Origin: an uncultured Bacteroidota bacterium
GTDB taxonomy: Bacteria; Bacteroidota; Bacteroidia; NS11-12g; UBA9320
Reading direction: 5' to 3'
Assembly: GCA_913054375.1 (NCBI GenBank)
Contig: CAJXIQ010000001.1
Location: 1,200 to 65,199 of the forward strand
Length of the DNA stretch: 64,000 bases
This document shows positions 1-9,649 of this stretch, one piece after another (position 1 is the stretch's first letter; every line of letters begins with the position of its first letter). The notes below the pieces were generated by a model, which worked only from the letters and a program-made list of their open reading frames with translations, made no database searches and was not told the origin of the DNA. A program made the position numbers and the translations under genes.

Positions 1-2245
1 TTCAATCAAAAGCAAAGCAAATATCAAAACTGTATTTCAAGACATCAAGCAACACTGGCGTAAAGACACCTTAGCCGGTTTTAGTGTTTCGCTAGTAGCT
101 TTGCCTCTATCTATCGGTGTGGCACTGGCTATGGGCCTGCCATCTCAAGCACTTTTAGCGGGCATATTTGCTGCTGTTATAGGTGGGGTTTTTACCACTT
201 TCGTTCGTAGCGGAAACGTTTCTATAAACGGTCCGTCCCCTGCACTCATTGGTATAGTCGTGACCGGCATGATTGCCTTAGGCAGCTGGGAATATATGCT
301 TGCCGCTTTTGTATGCGCAGGCATTTTGCAGGCTCTTTTTGGACTTTTCAAACTGGGTGGATTAGCAGATTTTATTCCGTCTAGTGTAGTACAAGGTATG
401 ATGGCCGCTATTGGTGTAATCATTCTTGCTGGTCAGATACATCCGGGTCTAGGTGTACAGATTGGCGCTATGAATGATTTCGACAAGCTATTGGCTGTTC
501 CGTCTAGTTTGGCCAATATGAACCCCTTGATCGCCATAATTTTCTTTAATAGCTTAATCATACTAGCGGTGCACCCTCATGTTACCAATAAATTTATTAA
601 ATACGTCCCCGCTCCCATCTGGCTTTTGCTTTTCGCTGTGCCGCTTTATATGTTATTCGAACGTTTACTCGATGGCCATATTACCTTATTTGGCAAAGAG
701 CACACATTAGATTCAGCCAAAGACCTTATTAATTTTGAACTCCCAAGAGATATTGTCAACGACCTCCTGGTTTTTCCCGACTTTGACAAAATAGACAGCT
801 TAGGCTTCTGGTTGGTAGTACTTTCTGTTTTCTTAGTGTCTACCATTGAAACCTTAGGTTCTGCGAAGGCAATTGACAAAATTGACCCGCTTAAACGAAA
901 AACTAACCTTAACAGAGATGTGGCTGCTATGGGCCTAAGCACCATTCTATCTGGGTTCATCGGCGGATTACCCGTTATAGCCGTTATAGCTCGGAGCTCT
1001 GTGAACATAAATCATGGTGCAAAAACACGACTTTCAAACTTAGTGCATGGCGTGCTTATCTTGCTATTTATGTCTTTACTTTCTGAGTATATTAAGATGG
1101 TGCCAAAGGCTGCCCTTATGGCTATACTTGTGTTTACTGGCTATAAACTGGCCTCACCTAAAGTATTCAAAGATGCTTCGTTAAAAGGGTACGAGCAATT
1201 TCTCATATTGGTTGTCACTCTTGTAGCCACTCTACTTACAGATCTCAATAAGGGCATACTAATCGGTATACTTTTTACCGTTGTAATACACCTAGTACGT
1301 TCACACCTTCCTGCTAATTTATTTTTCAAGTATGTAGCAAAACCCTACTTTAGACTATCTGAGATAGATGATCACTACCACCTGAAAGTGAAGGGTGTTG
1401 CAAATTTTAGCAGCATATTAAAGCTGCGAAAAACATTGGCTAAGGTGCCACCAAACAACCAACTTGTTTTTGATTTTTCGAGAACACGTCTTGTCGATTT
1501 CAGTATGCTAGAATTTGTAAATAATTGGGGAAAAGACTACCGGACAGATTATGGAGGAAGCTTTGAAATAATTGGCCTTGATGAGCATCTTACTACAAGT
1601 GAACATCCTTATGGCATTCACGCACTTCCGCAATCTGCCGCCAAACCGTTATCTAAAAGACAACACGAACTCAAAGAGTTTTCTTTTGGCAATGGATGGA
1701 CCTTTGAACCAAAACTAGACTGGAATATAGACTACCTCACCACCAATACTTTTTTTGAAACCCGGCCAATTGAGTACCTCAAAAACAGAATGGAGGGTAC
1801 GCTACCGTGTAATGCGAAATGGGAACTGGTTGATATCACTTTTGATGAGGGAGCACTTATGGCTGCTGAAGTGCATAATATGACAATGCTGCTCATTGAT
1901 TTCAATACGCCTATTCCTGATTTTGAATTGGATAAGGAACGTTTATTTAACCGACTTCTAGACTATGCAGTAAAAGAAGATATAGACTTAGCAGAAGATT
2001 TTGATACTAAATTTTCAGTGAAAGGAAGGGACAAAACGGCCATCAAAAATTTCTTCACCCCTGAGCTTCGTCAGTTTATCAAAGAGAATGACAAATACCA
2101 CATAGAAAGTACCGATAGTGCTATTCTTGTGTTTAGGTATTTCCGCGTTATGAGTATCTCAGAGATACAAGAATTGTTAAAATTTGGCGAGCAACTTACC
2201 GGGTACTTTCAGAAGTGTGTTGTGACACCTAAGAACACTCCATAG
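1..2245 (+). CDS. SulP-family anion permease with STAS domain plus an extra ~200-aa C-terminal extension. The gene is 5' partial: the reading frame stays open to the window start.
   Basis: Translation upstream of the TTG at 101 continues in frame without a stop (..KDTLAGFSVSLVALPLSIGVALA..), which is the typical SulP N-terminal motif. Multiple TM segments are followed by a STAS-like segment (HYHLKVKGVANFSS..FDFSRTRLVDFSMLEF). About 200 further residues follow the STAS domain. Confidence 0.85.
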   Translation, partial: SIKSKANIKTVFQDIKQHWRKDTLAGFSVSLVALPLSIGVALAMGLPSQALLAGIFAAVIGGVFTTFVRSGNVSINGPSPALIGIVVTGMIALGSWEYMLAAFVCAGILQALFGLFKLGGLADFIPSSVVQGMMAAIGVIILAGQIHPGLGVQIGAMNDFDKLLAVPSSLANMNPLIAIIFFNSLIILAVHPHVTNKFIKYVPAPIWLLLFAVPLYMLFERLLDGHITLFGKEHTLDSAKDLINFELPRDIVNDLLVFPDFDKIDSLGFWLVVLSVFLVSTIETLGSAKAIDKIDPLKRKTNLNRDVAAMGLSTILSGFIGGLPVIAVIARSSVNINHGAKTRLSNLVHGVLILLFMSLLSEYIKMVPKAALMAILVFTGYKLASPKVFKDASLKGYEQFLILVVTLVATLLTDLNKGILIGILFTVVIHLVRSHLPANLFFKYVAKPYFRLSEIDDHYHLKVKGVANFSSILKLRKTLAKVPPNNQLVFDFSRTRLVDFSMLEFVNNWGKDYRTDYGGSFEIIGLDEHLTTSEHPYGIHALPQSAAKPLSKRQHELKEFSFGNGWTFEPKLDWNIDYLTTNTFFETRPIEYLKNRMEGTLPCNAKWELVDITFDEGALMAAEVHNMTMLLIDFNTPIPDFELDKERLFNRLLDYAVKEDIDLAEDFDTKFSVKGRDKTAIKNFFTPELRQFIKENDKYHIESTDSAILVFRYFRVMSISEIQELLKFGEQLTGYFQKCVVTPKNTP

Positions 2246-3432
2246 TTTGTAGCTGTTTTGGGAAAAAAAACAGCATGTAGCCCTTGTACACTCGCACATA
2301 CGTTCAACTTTTCAAATCTATACTCTGCTGCTTCTCGCCAGAGTATGCCCGAATAATTTCCGTATCCTAAGCTGGAGCACAGTTTAAACCTATCACTAAA
2401 CGCATGGCCAAACCCTACAGTTCCTGTGATACCATACTTTCCTAGATCGATAGATTGTAGGGATGTAACCAATGTGCTTTTATTATTCAATTTATGACTC
2501 CATGTCAAATTTATTCTGCTGGGCAGAGTAGCCCATTTTATCTTTTTTCTTGCGTTTTCTAGTATCGGGGAATAGTTAGAATCCACATATTGCTGCAATG
2601 TAGTGGTATCTCGTATGAAGTCATACCCTATCCCTGTAAAGCGAAGAGAAGTGTCTAGCTCTAAACCGGTGTAATCCAACATTCGGGTTAAATTAACATC
2701 CCGAAGGGCTATTCTTACACTGTTTTTTTTGTTGATGGTGTAAGACAAGTCTATGCCTACATTTAGGCCCACTCCCTTTATAGCTCCATTTGTCTGCTCA
2801 GAAACAGCAAACTGAGCTACCGATGCGTCTATGTATTCTCCCATAGGAGCTGTATAAAGCGATATCGCGCCAGTTGATAACGAAGTGTAGCGTGTAAGAG
2901 CATTGAGACCAAAGAGTAGCTTAGCTTGCAGCTTATCTGTGTTGTTTAGCTTATATGTTGCGCCAAACCCACTCCCCGCATAGCTCAAAAAGTGAAGACT
3001 CTTGCTTTCTATTTGCTCATCAATAAAAGGAGCGTTGCCAAAAAAGAGAAGCTCTGTTAGCTGTTTCTCTCCCGCATATCCATTCATGGTGAATGTGTTT
3101 GCGTATACGCCCCATGTTTTATTCACCTTATATTCTGCCTCTGCCTTAGCAAAGGCATAGAGATTTACCCTCTGCTGCTGTCCATCTTCAAATTTTTGTT
3201 TTGCTTCAGGTGTAAATTCCGTTCTAACTAAAACATCGGTAAACATTTTTGTATTGATTGCATTGGAAGAGACGCTTATATCTGTTGTAATTTTTATACT
3301 ACTAGGCTGCCAATTTTTGTCAAAGCTGTTTCCTAAAAAGGCAAAATTGTCTGCCTGCTGACCATAGGCAGAGCAGGTTATTAACAGTGCAAATAACTTA
3401 AAGCTGATTTTCATAGGTAAAATTTGTTCCAA
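2209..3432 (-). CDS. Hypothetical outer-membrane beta-barrel protein with a signal peptide and C-terminal Phe.
   Basis: The N-terminus MKISFKLFALLITCSAYGQQ is signal-peptide-like. The sequence has alternating beta-strand character and ends ..GVTTHF, a C-terminal aromatic typical of OMPs. Its 5' end overlaps the 3' end of the upstream lipoprotein gene. Confidence 0.6.
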   Translation of the reverse strand: MEQILPMKISFKLFALLITCSAYGQQADNFAFLGNSFDKNWQPSSIKITTDISVSSNAINTKMFTDVLVRTEFTPEAKQKFEDGQQQRVNLYAFAKAEAEYKVNKTWGVYANTFTMNGYAGEKQLTELLFFGNAPFIDEQIESKSLHFLSYAGSGFGATYKLNNTDKLQAKLLFGLNALTRYTSLSTGAISLYTAPMGEYIDASVAQFAVSEQTNGAIKGVGLNVGIDLSYTINKKNSVRIALRDVNLTRMLDYTGLELDTSLRFTGIGYDFIRDTTTLQQYVDSNYSPILENARKKIKWATLPSRINLTWSHKLNNKSTLVTSLQSIDLGKYGITGTVGFGHAFSDRFKLCSSLGYGNYSGILWREAAEYRFEKLNVCASVQGLHAVFFPKTATNYGVFLGVTTHF

Positions 3433-5440
3433 GTTTTATGTCTATTTCATAGTCGCTATACATTTTGTAACGCTTAGCCTCTTTGGTGTTGAAGAACACA
3501 TTGAAATCAATGCCGTCAGACACTTTAAATAAATCCATCTCATTTCTGTTTAAAGCAATTATCACCTCACTCTCTGCCGGAGCTACCGTTTTTCCTGTAG
3601 TGGCATCTACTTCTGCAGCTGCCATCTTATTTTCTCCGTTAATGGTTTTTGTGAGCACTATTCTTCCTTGTTCGTCTACAAAGTCTAGTGATAGTCCTGC
3701 CTCTATGGGAAAGTCGTTTTCTATGGTTAAAATTAGCTTTCCTTCTTTGATATTGTCTAACTGCTCCTTATCGAGCGCAATGTTTTCCCTCAAACGAAGG
3801 TTCAAACTATCCAGACCAAAGTGCATTGGTACTGTAAGTTTGAAATTAAGTGTTAACTCGCTCATATCAAAGGCAAAGTCACTTTGATTAAGCGTACCAT
3901 TGGGATTTATTTTTGCCGTTACGCTGGGTATAACCTTGTGCGGCAAATTTTGTAAGAACAACTTCAAGTTTGAACTGGTATTATCCAACACAATTTCTTT
4001 TTGAAAAGCCGTTAAAGGTGGGTTTGTCGCTCTCTCTAAGAACACATCTTTCAATAAATTACCAGACACTAAATTCACGACTTTGTTACTTGTAGAATTT
4101 AGACCCCGAATCTCCTGAACATCAACCAGGCTTTCTATACCAAAACTATTGTAAAAGTTCAAGTCTACTCGCGCATCCTCTAGGTTAATATTTCCCTCAA
4201 GCTTTGATAGGGCGTCTAGGCTTAATGTATCTGTTGCAGATAGATCATGCCGTCCTGGGTCTCCTATTACCAAGGATGCCATTACATTGACCAGTCCAAA
4301 CTCAATCTTTATTTTGTCCTCTAGAGATAGGGTTCTTTCTAGTCCAGAATAGTCTATTCTAGCAATTAATTCATTGTATATGAGATTATAATTGGGTTGC
4401 TTGGACTGACTTTCCCCCCATAAGTATATTACGAATCCGTCAATAGGAAATCTTTCTTCTACATAGACCACTTCTCCCTCAGGCGCTGGAGGAATTACCC
4501 AATTTTGCTCTATAATTCCTGATTCGCCCGTTTTAAAACTATTCGGAATTTTATAATCTAAAATAATTGCTTCGTCAATTGACGACTCCACTTTCATCAA
4601 TATGTCCCCAGACTTAACATACACTTGAGTCAGTTCAGCTCCACCAAAGTCGTACTTGGTCTCCTCTGCTTGCTCTACTAGATTTTGTGCGGGAAATATA
4701 GCCGTAGCCACAAGTGGTTTTAACCCCCGGACTGTTATAGTTGTACGTATGCCATTAGTCACATCAATGAGCACTTCACCGTTGCTTGCTTTTGTTTTTA
4801 CTCTTTTTACGATAAGCTCCAGAACTCCATCTACAGTAAGTCCCGCCAAATCGTATGTCTCTTGCACCGTGGTACCTGGCGCTAGGTTCGTGAATACACC
4901 CGAAACTATCGCTTCCTTATCATCGTCGTTTCTTAATTCAAATTCCAAAACTTCTGCCTCGACGGGTAGATCGTTACTAATTGAAATATCGATATACCCT
5001 TCTTTGAAGGTTGCCGTTGTAAAAAACTGTTCAGTCACATCGAGTACCGTTCCCTCATTTGAGGTAATGTCTTGAGCCCCCAACTCTGTAGTTTGCCCAT
5101 TGAGCAAGACACTTGCTGGATAGATTTCTAACAGCGTAAGCGTATCGGTAAATGATCGATCATCGAGTACGAGACTCGTAAGCGAAACTTCTATTTCCTC
5201 TACACGATCAGGAATTTCTAAAATATCTTCCAGATTGCTTACGCCATATTCTTCTTCAAAAACGACAGTAAGTTCTCCATTTGGCCCTTCTTGTGTAATG
5301 CTGTCTGGCAATATGTCTCCTAAATCTAGCTTTGTTTGAAGCAACGGAGCGACCCAATTACTCTCTGAACTAAACTTCTCTTTACGACAAGCAGAGAGAA
5401 ACACAACACCAACTAGTAACAGATAGTATAGTCTTTGCAT
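3398..5440 (-). CDS. Hypothetical 680-aa lipoprotein.
   Basis: The N-terminus MQRLYYLLLVGVVFLSAC has a lipobox Cys. The protein is long, acidic and repetitive. It is probably co-transcribed with the downstream OMP gene, which it overlaps by about 17-35 bp. Confidence 0.6.
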   Translation of the reverse strand: MQRLYYLLLVGVVFLSACRKEKFSSESNWVAPLLQTKLDLGDILPDSITQEGPNGELTVVFEEEYGVSNLEDILEIPDRVEEIEVSLTSLVLDDRSFTDTLTLLEIYPASVLLNGQTTELGAQDITSNEGTVLDVTEQFFTTATFKEGYIDISISNDLPVEAEVLEFELRNDDDKEAIVSGVFTNLAPGTTVQETYDLAGLTVDGVLELIVKRVKTKASNGEVLIDVTNGIRTTITVRGLKPLVATAIFPAQNLVEQAEETKYDFGGAELTQVYVKSGDILMKVESSIDEAIILDYKIPNSFKTGESGIIEQNWVIPPAPEGEVVYVEERFPIDGFVIYLWGESQSKQPNYNLIYNELIARIDYSGLERTLSLEDKIKIEFGLVNVMASLVIGDPGRHDLSATDTLSLDALSKLEGNINLEDARVDLNFYNSFGIESLVDVQEIRGLNSTSNKVVNLVSGNLLKDVFLERATNPPLTAFQKEIVLDNTSSNLKLFLQNLPHKVIPSVTAKINPNGTLNQSDFAFDMSELTLNFKLTVPMHFGLDSLNLRLRENIALDKEQLDNIKEGKLILTIENDFPIEAGLSLDFVDEQGRIVLTKTINGENKMAAAEVDATTGKTVAPAESEVIIALNRNEMDLFKVSDGIDFNVFFNTKEAKRYKMYSDYEIDIKLGTNFTYENQL

Positions 5441-5501
5441 AGTACAAATAAAGCCTCAAACGATTGATTATATTAAGTTTGCTACAAGAAATTGCACTGA
5501 A

Positions 5502-6149
5502 ATGTCTTCACATCATTTTGTAAAAGATGGCCAAGAGCCGGCATTGGTAATAGCCAACGGTGAAATGTGCGCCTACGAAATACTAACTTCACTCATGGAA
5601 TGGTGTCCTTATATAGTAGTATGTGATGGGGCGTATAACCGCATAAAGAACCTGCAAATAACTCCAGACGTGGTTATAGGAGACTTCGATAGTTTAAAGG
5701 GTGTTGAGCATAACTTGCACACGCAATACATCCATCTCAAAGATCAAGAAACTACGGACCTTGAAAAAGCAATCAACCACCTTATAGAAAAAGGATACAC
5801 CGATATAAACGTAATTTGGGCGTCTGGAAAACGCTTGGATCATACCATCAATAATTTTGCAACGCTTGCCAAATATTCTAAAATAAAAGTAGTGTTAATC
5901 GATGATTATTCACGTTCGTTTATACTACCAAAAAACTATAGCAAACGGTATGAAAAGGGACAGGCGTTATCTTTGGTACCCATACACACCTGTTCTGGCA
6001 TTACTACCAAAAACTTGAAATACAACTTAGAAAACGAAGCCTTGTGCTTCGGAAAACGAAGCGGAACAAGCAACGAGGCTACAGGTAATGGCCTAGTAGA
6101 AATCTCGCACACAAAGGGTTTACTCGCCCTAATAGAGGGGGCCGATTAA
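5502..6149 (+). CDS. Thiamine pyrophosphokinase.
   Basis: It carries the GDFDS motif and a DQETTDLEKAI (TD-loop) motif, and is about 215 aa, matching the TPK catalytic and thiamine-binding architecture. A TAagTTTG box lies at 5474-5481, about 20 nt upstream. Confidence 0.75.
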   Translation: MSSHHFVKDGQEPALVIANGEMCAYEILTSLMEWCPYIVVCDGAYNRIKNLQITPDVVIGDFDSLKGVEHNLHTQYIHLKDQETTDLEKAINHLIEKGYTDINVIWASGKRLDHTINNFATLAKYSKIKVVLIDDYSRSFILPKNYSKRYEKGQALSLVPIHTCSGITTKNLKYNLENEALCFGKRSGTSNEATGNGLVEISHTKGLLALIEGAD

Positions 6150-6157
6150 AAAACGTA

Positions 6158-7630
6158 TTATCTACTGTAATTTGGAGCTTCTTTGGTAATGGTGACATCG
6201 TGTGGGTGACTCTCTCTTATGCCTGACCCCGTAATGTGTGTAAACTGAGCTTCTTTGAGTTCAGCAATGGTGGCAGAACCCGTGTATCCCATTCCTGCTC
6301 TAAGTCCGCCGATGTATTGGTAAACTACTTCAGATAGTCTCCCTTTATATGCCACTGTACCAACAATACCCTCTGGAACCAGTTTCCCTAAATCAGCTTC
6401 TGCATCTTGAAAATACCTGTCTTTTGACCCTTTTTTCATAGCTTCAATGCTTCCCATTCCCCGATAACTCTTTACTTTTCTTCCTTCATAAAAAGATACG
6501 TCTCCTGGAGCCTCTTCGGTTCCGGCAAATAAACTACCTGCCATAATAGCGTCTGCTCCAGCCACAACTGCTTTTACTAGGTCTCCGCTATACCGTATAC
6601 CTCCATCCGCAATTACAGGAACTCCTGTTCCTTTTAAGGCTTCTGCACATTCCATTACTGCATTCAGCTGAGGCACACCAATACCTGCTATTATACGCGT
6701 GGTACATATAGACCCAGGCCCTACACCCACCTTTACGGCATCTGCTCCATTGTCTGCTAGATACTTGGCTGCAGCTCCTGTTGCTACATTACCTACAATT
6801 ACTTGCAGCTTTGGAAATTTCGTTTTTACTTTTTTAAGCTCATCAACCACTCCTTTAGAATGACCATGGGCTGTGTCTATAGCTATTACATCTACATCTT
6901 GTTCTACAAGTGCCGTAACCCGCTCTAGCGTATCTGCAGTGACTCCAACAGCTGCTCCTACCATTAATCTACCAAACTCGTCTTTGCAAGCGTTTGGATG
7001 ATTTTTCACCTTTTGAATATCCTTGAATGTAATAAGACCAAGTAATTTATTTTCGGCATCTACTACAGGTAGTTTTTCTATCTTATACTTCTGTAGCGTA
7101 AATTCTGCTTCCTTCAAATCTGTACCTTTTACCGCTGTGATTAGGTCATTTGTAGTCATCACCTTCTCTATTTTGGTGCTTAGATCTACCTGAAAACGCA
7201 AATCTCTATTGGTAATAATACCAATCAATTGGTTGGTGTCATTGATAATAGGAATGCCGCCAATTCTATTCTCTTTCATTACATTTAGGGCATCACCAAG
7301 CGTGTTTGTCTTTTTCAATGTAATCGGATCTTTGATCATTCCACTCTCTGAGCGTTTCACTTTTTTAATTTCAGCTGCTTGTTGAGCAATGCTCATATTC
7401 TTGTGAACTATACCAATACCCCCTTCTCGGGCTATAGCAATTGCAAGCCTGGCTTCTGTCACCGTATCCATTGCAGCGCTTATTATCGGTATATTGATCG
7501 TAAGGTTTCTAGTAAGCCTAGTTTTCGTGCTTGTGTCGCGAGGCAATACCTCGGAATATTGAGGCAACACTAAGACATCGTCGAACGTTAAACCATGGTA
7601 AGCAATTTTAGAAAATTTGGATTGAGACAT
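6158..7630 (-). CDS. guaB: Inosine-5'-monophosphate dehydrogenase.
   Basis: The N-terminus reads ..[56 protein letters not shown], followed by a CBS pair and the catalytic GSICTT loop. The ORF track starts at TTG 7636. The ATG at 7630 sits 3 nt after a TTTG box and is chosen here as the start. Confidence 0.9.
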   Translation of the reverse strand: MSQSKFSKIAYHGLTFDDVLVLPQYSEVLPRDTSTKTRLTRNLTINIPIISAAMDTVTEARLAIAIAREGGIGIVHKNMSIAQQAAEIKKVKRSESGMIKDPITLKKTNTLGDALNVMKENRIGGIPIINDTNQLIGIITNRDLRFQVDLSTKIEKVMTTNDLITAVKGTDLKEAEFTLQKYKIEKLPVVDAENKLLGLITFKDIQKVKNHPNACKDEFGRLMVGAAVGVTADTLERVTALVEQDVDVIAIDTAHGHSKGVVDELKKVKTKFPKLQVIVGNVATGAAAKYLADNGADAVKVGVGPGSICTTRIIAGIGVPQLNAVMECAEALKGTGVPVIADGGIRYSGDLVKAVVAGADAIMAGSLFAGTEEAPGDVSFYEGRKVKSYRGMGSIEAMKKGSKDRYFQDAEADLGKLVPEGIVGTVAYKGRLSEVVYQYIGGLRAGMGYTGSATIAELKEAQFTHITGSGIRESHPHDVTITKEAPNYSR

Positions 7631-7819
7631 GTGCAAATAATAGATTTGTTATTTGCCAAACAAAAGTAGGTCTAAATCCGTCTTCCTACCTAATTTATTT
7701 ATTCCTAGATTGCGTTCTTGCTTAATTTACCCTGTAATTTCCTTTTTTCAATCTATTTAGAGCCGTATTTTAAAATACAAGCCACATATCTTCGTTACCT
7801 TCGCAGGGTCACTTTGTAA

Positions 7820-9649
7820 ATGAGATTTGCCGTATTCTATATCGCACTATGCTTTTCTGTCTTGGCGTTTTCCCAGAGTGTCGATGAAAAACTTGCCGCT
7901 CAGTTTTTTGACAACGAAGAATATGAAAAAGCAGAATACGTATATAAAAAGCTCTATAAAAAAAACCCTAAGTCAGTCTATATTTACGAGAATTACCTCA
8001 ATACTCTTCTTGTTTTAAAAAGAGAAAAAGATGCAACCAAACTTGTAAATAGACAAATAAGCAGAAACTCAGGACAGCTCAACTTCCAGGTAGATCTAGG
8101 CTATATTTATTTGCAATTTGACAAAAAAGAAGACGCAGAAAAGTACTTTGAAAAATTAACCCGCTCATATACAAACAACCGAGGGAATGTGGTTTTTCTT
8201 GCACAGAGCTACAACAGAAGGGGGCTAACCAATGAAAGCATAAAAGCCCTAGAAAAGGGAGCAAGACAACTAGGTATTCTTGTTTTCTATAGAGAGCTCA
8301 GTCAAGCATATAGATCAACCAACAATACAAAAAAACTTACTGACATTACACTTGAAGCTCTACTACTAGATGCTGGCATATTTGATTACGCTACCAAAAT
8401 GCTCGATATAGTATTTGATAAAAAGGAAGACGCGACGTACTTAAAAAGTAAGGCGCTACAGTACGCTCAGAAAAACCCAAGCAATCAGGTATATGACGAA
8501 TTGCTTCTAGAGGTTTTTCTACAACAGAAAAAATATACCGCTGCCCTAAGGCAAACTACTTCTTTAGATAAAAGAAACAATAACCAGGGTACTCGTGTGC
8601 TGCAACTCGCAAACTTGTGTGTGAAAAATAAAGCATACGCTGTTGCTATAGATGCATACTCCTACGTCATAAACCTGGGCGAAAGTGCTCCTACTTATGA
8701 CGCTGGAAAAAACGGACTGATCAATGCTTTGTATTTAAAAACAACGGGTTCTCTGGTTCCAGATACGCTTGAAGTGGCCTCGCTTATTGGTAAGATTCAG
8801 ACCTATTTAGACTCAAAGGGAATAACCCATACTACAGCTAAGAGTCAATTTAGACTAGCCGAGTTGCACATTTTTTATACCAATAATGTTCATGCAGGTA
8901 TTCGTCTTTTAGAGGAGATTATTCAAACACCAAGGCTGCGAGCGAGTTTTGTAGCCGAAAGCAAGCTGTTACTTGGTGACGCTTACCTTATTACAAATAA
9001 TATATGGGACGCTAAGCTAATGTATGGTCAAGTAGACAAACAGTTCAAAGAAGATGCTCTTGGACAAGAAGCAAAATTTAAAAACGCTAAACTAAGCTAC
9101 TACACGGGCGACTTTGATTGGGCAAAAGGCCAGTTGGATATTTTAAAAACTGCCACAACCCAGCTAATCAGCAATAATGCCATAGAACTAAGTCTTCTGA
9201 TACAAGACAACACCGGACTTGATACCACGGAAGAGGCCATGAAAAAATACGCCGCTGCAGAATTTTATCTATTCCAAAATAAGATAGAAAAGTGTACCGA
9301 GATCCTCACCATGTTGCCCTTCACATATCCTGATCATACCCTTAAGGATGAAATATTTTATCTGAAAGCACGTGTACAAGAAAAGCAAGGAAACTATGAA
9401 GCTGCCAATAAATTGTACACCACTATATATGAAAAATATAGTGAAGATATCCTTGCAGATAATGCTTTGTATCGCTCTGCATATATCACACTATTCATAC
9501 TAGACGATAAGGAAAAAGCACAGGTTCTTTTTGAAAAACTCGTGCTAGAATATAACACGAGTCTATTTGCCGTGGATGCCCGCAAAATGTACTTTGCCTT
9601 GAAGGAAGGAAAAACCAAAAGCGACTTGTTATTTGAGTCCAGTATATGA
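7820..9649 (+). CDS. Secreted tetratricopeptide-repeat (TPR) protein.
   Basis: It has a signal peptide (MRFAVFYIALCFSVLAFSQS) and repeated Y/L/A-rich helical repeats throughout. Its stop overlaps the start of the next gene (ATGA). Confidence 0.7.
   Translation: MRFAVFYIALCFSVLAFSQSVDEKLAAQFFDNEEYEKAEYVYKKLYKKNPKSVYIYENYLNTLLVLKREKDATKLVNRQISRNSGQLNFQVDLGYIYLQFDKKEDAEKYFEKLTRSYTNNRGNVVFLAQSYNRRGLTNESIKALEKGARQLGILVFYRELSQAYRSTNNTKKLTDITLEALLLDAGIFDYATKMLDIVFDKKEDATYLKSKALQYAQKNPSNQVYDELLLEVFLQQKKYTAALRQTTSLDKRNNNQGTRVLQLANLCVKNKAYAVAIDAYSYVINLGESAPTYDAGKNGLINALYLKTTGSLVPDTLEVASLIGKIQTYLDSKGITHTTAKSQFRLAELHIFYTNNVHAGIRLLEEIIQTPRLRASFVAESKLLLGDAYLITNNIWDAKLMYGQVDKQFKEDALGQEAKFKNAKLSYYTGDFDWAKGQLDILKTATTQLISNNAIELSLLIQDNTGLDTTEEAMKKYAAAEFYLFQNKIEKCTEILTMLPFTYPDHTLKDEIFYLKARVQEKQGNYEAANKLYTTIYEKYSEDILADNALYRSAYITLFILDDKEKAQVLFEKLVLEYNTSLFAVDARKMYFALKEGKTKSDLLFESSI

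Noticed and set aside
145-1329. Several 60-120-aa antisense ORFs inside the SulP gene (145-423, 646-1008, 1141-1329).
   Set aside because: They are embedded in a well-supported transporter CDS on the opposite strand, have no motifs, and are typical spurious ORFs.
2248-2271. The hairpin GCTGTTTT-gggaaaa-AAAACAGC after the SulP stop, as a terminator.
   Set aside because: It lies inside the C-terminal coding region of the convergent OMP gene and has no U-tract on either side. It may still dampen read-through, but it is not a canonical terminator.
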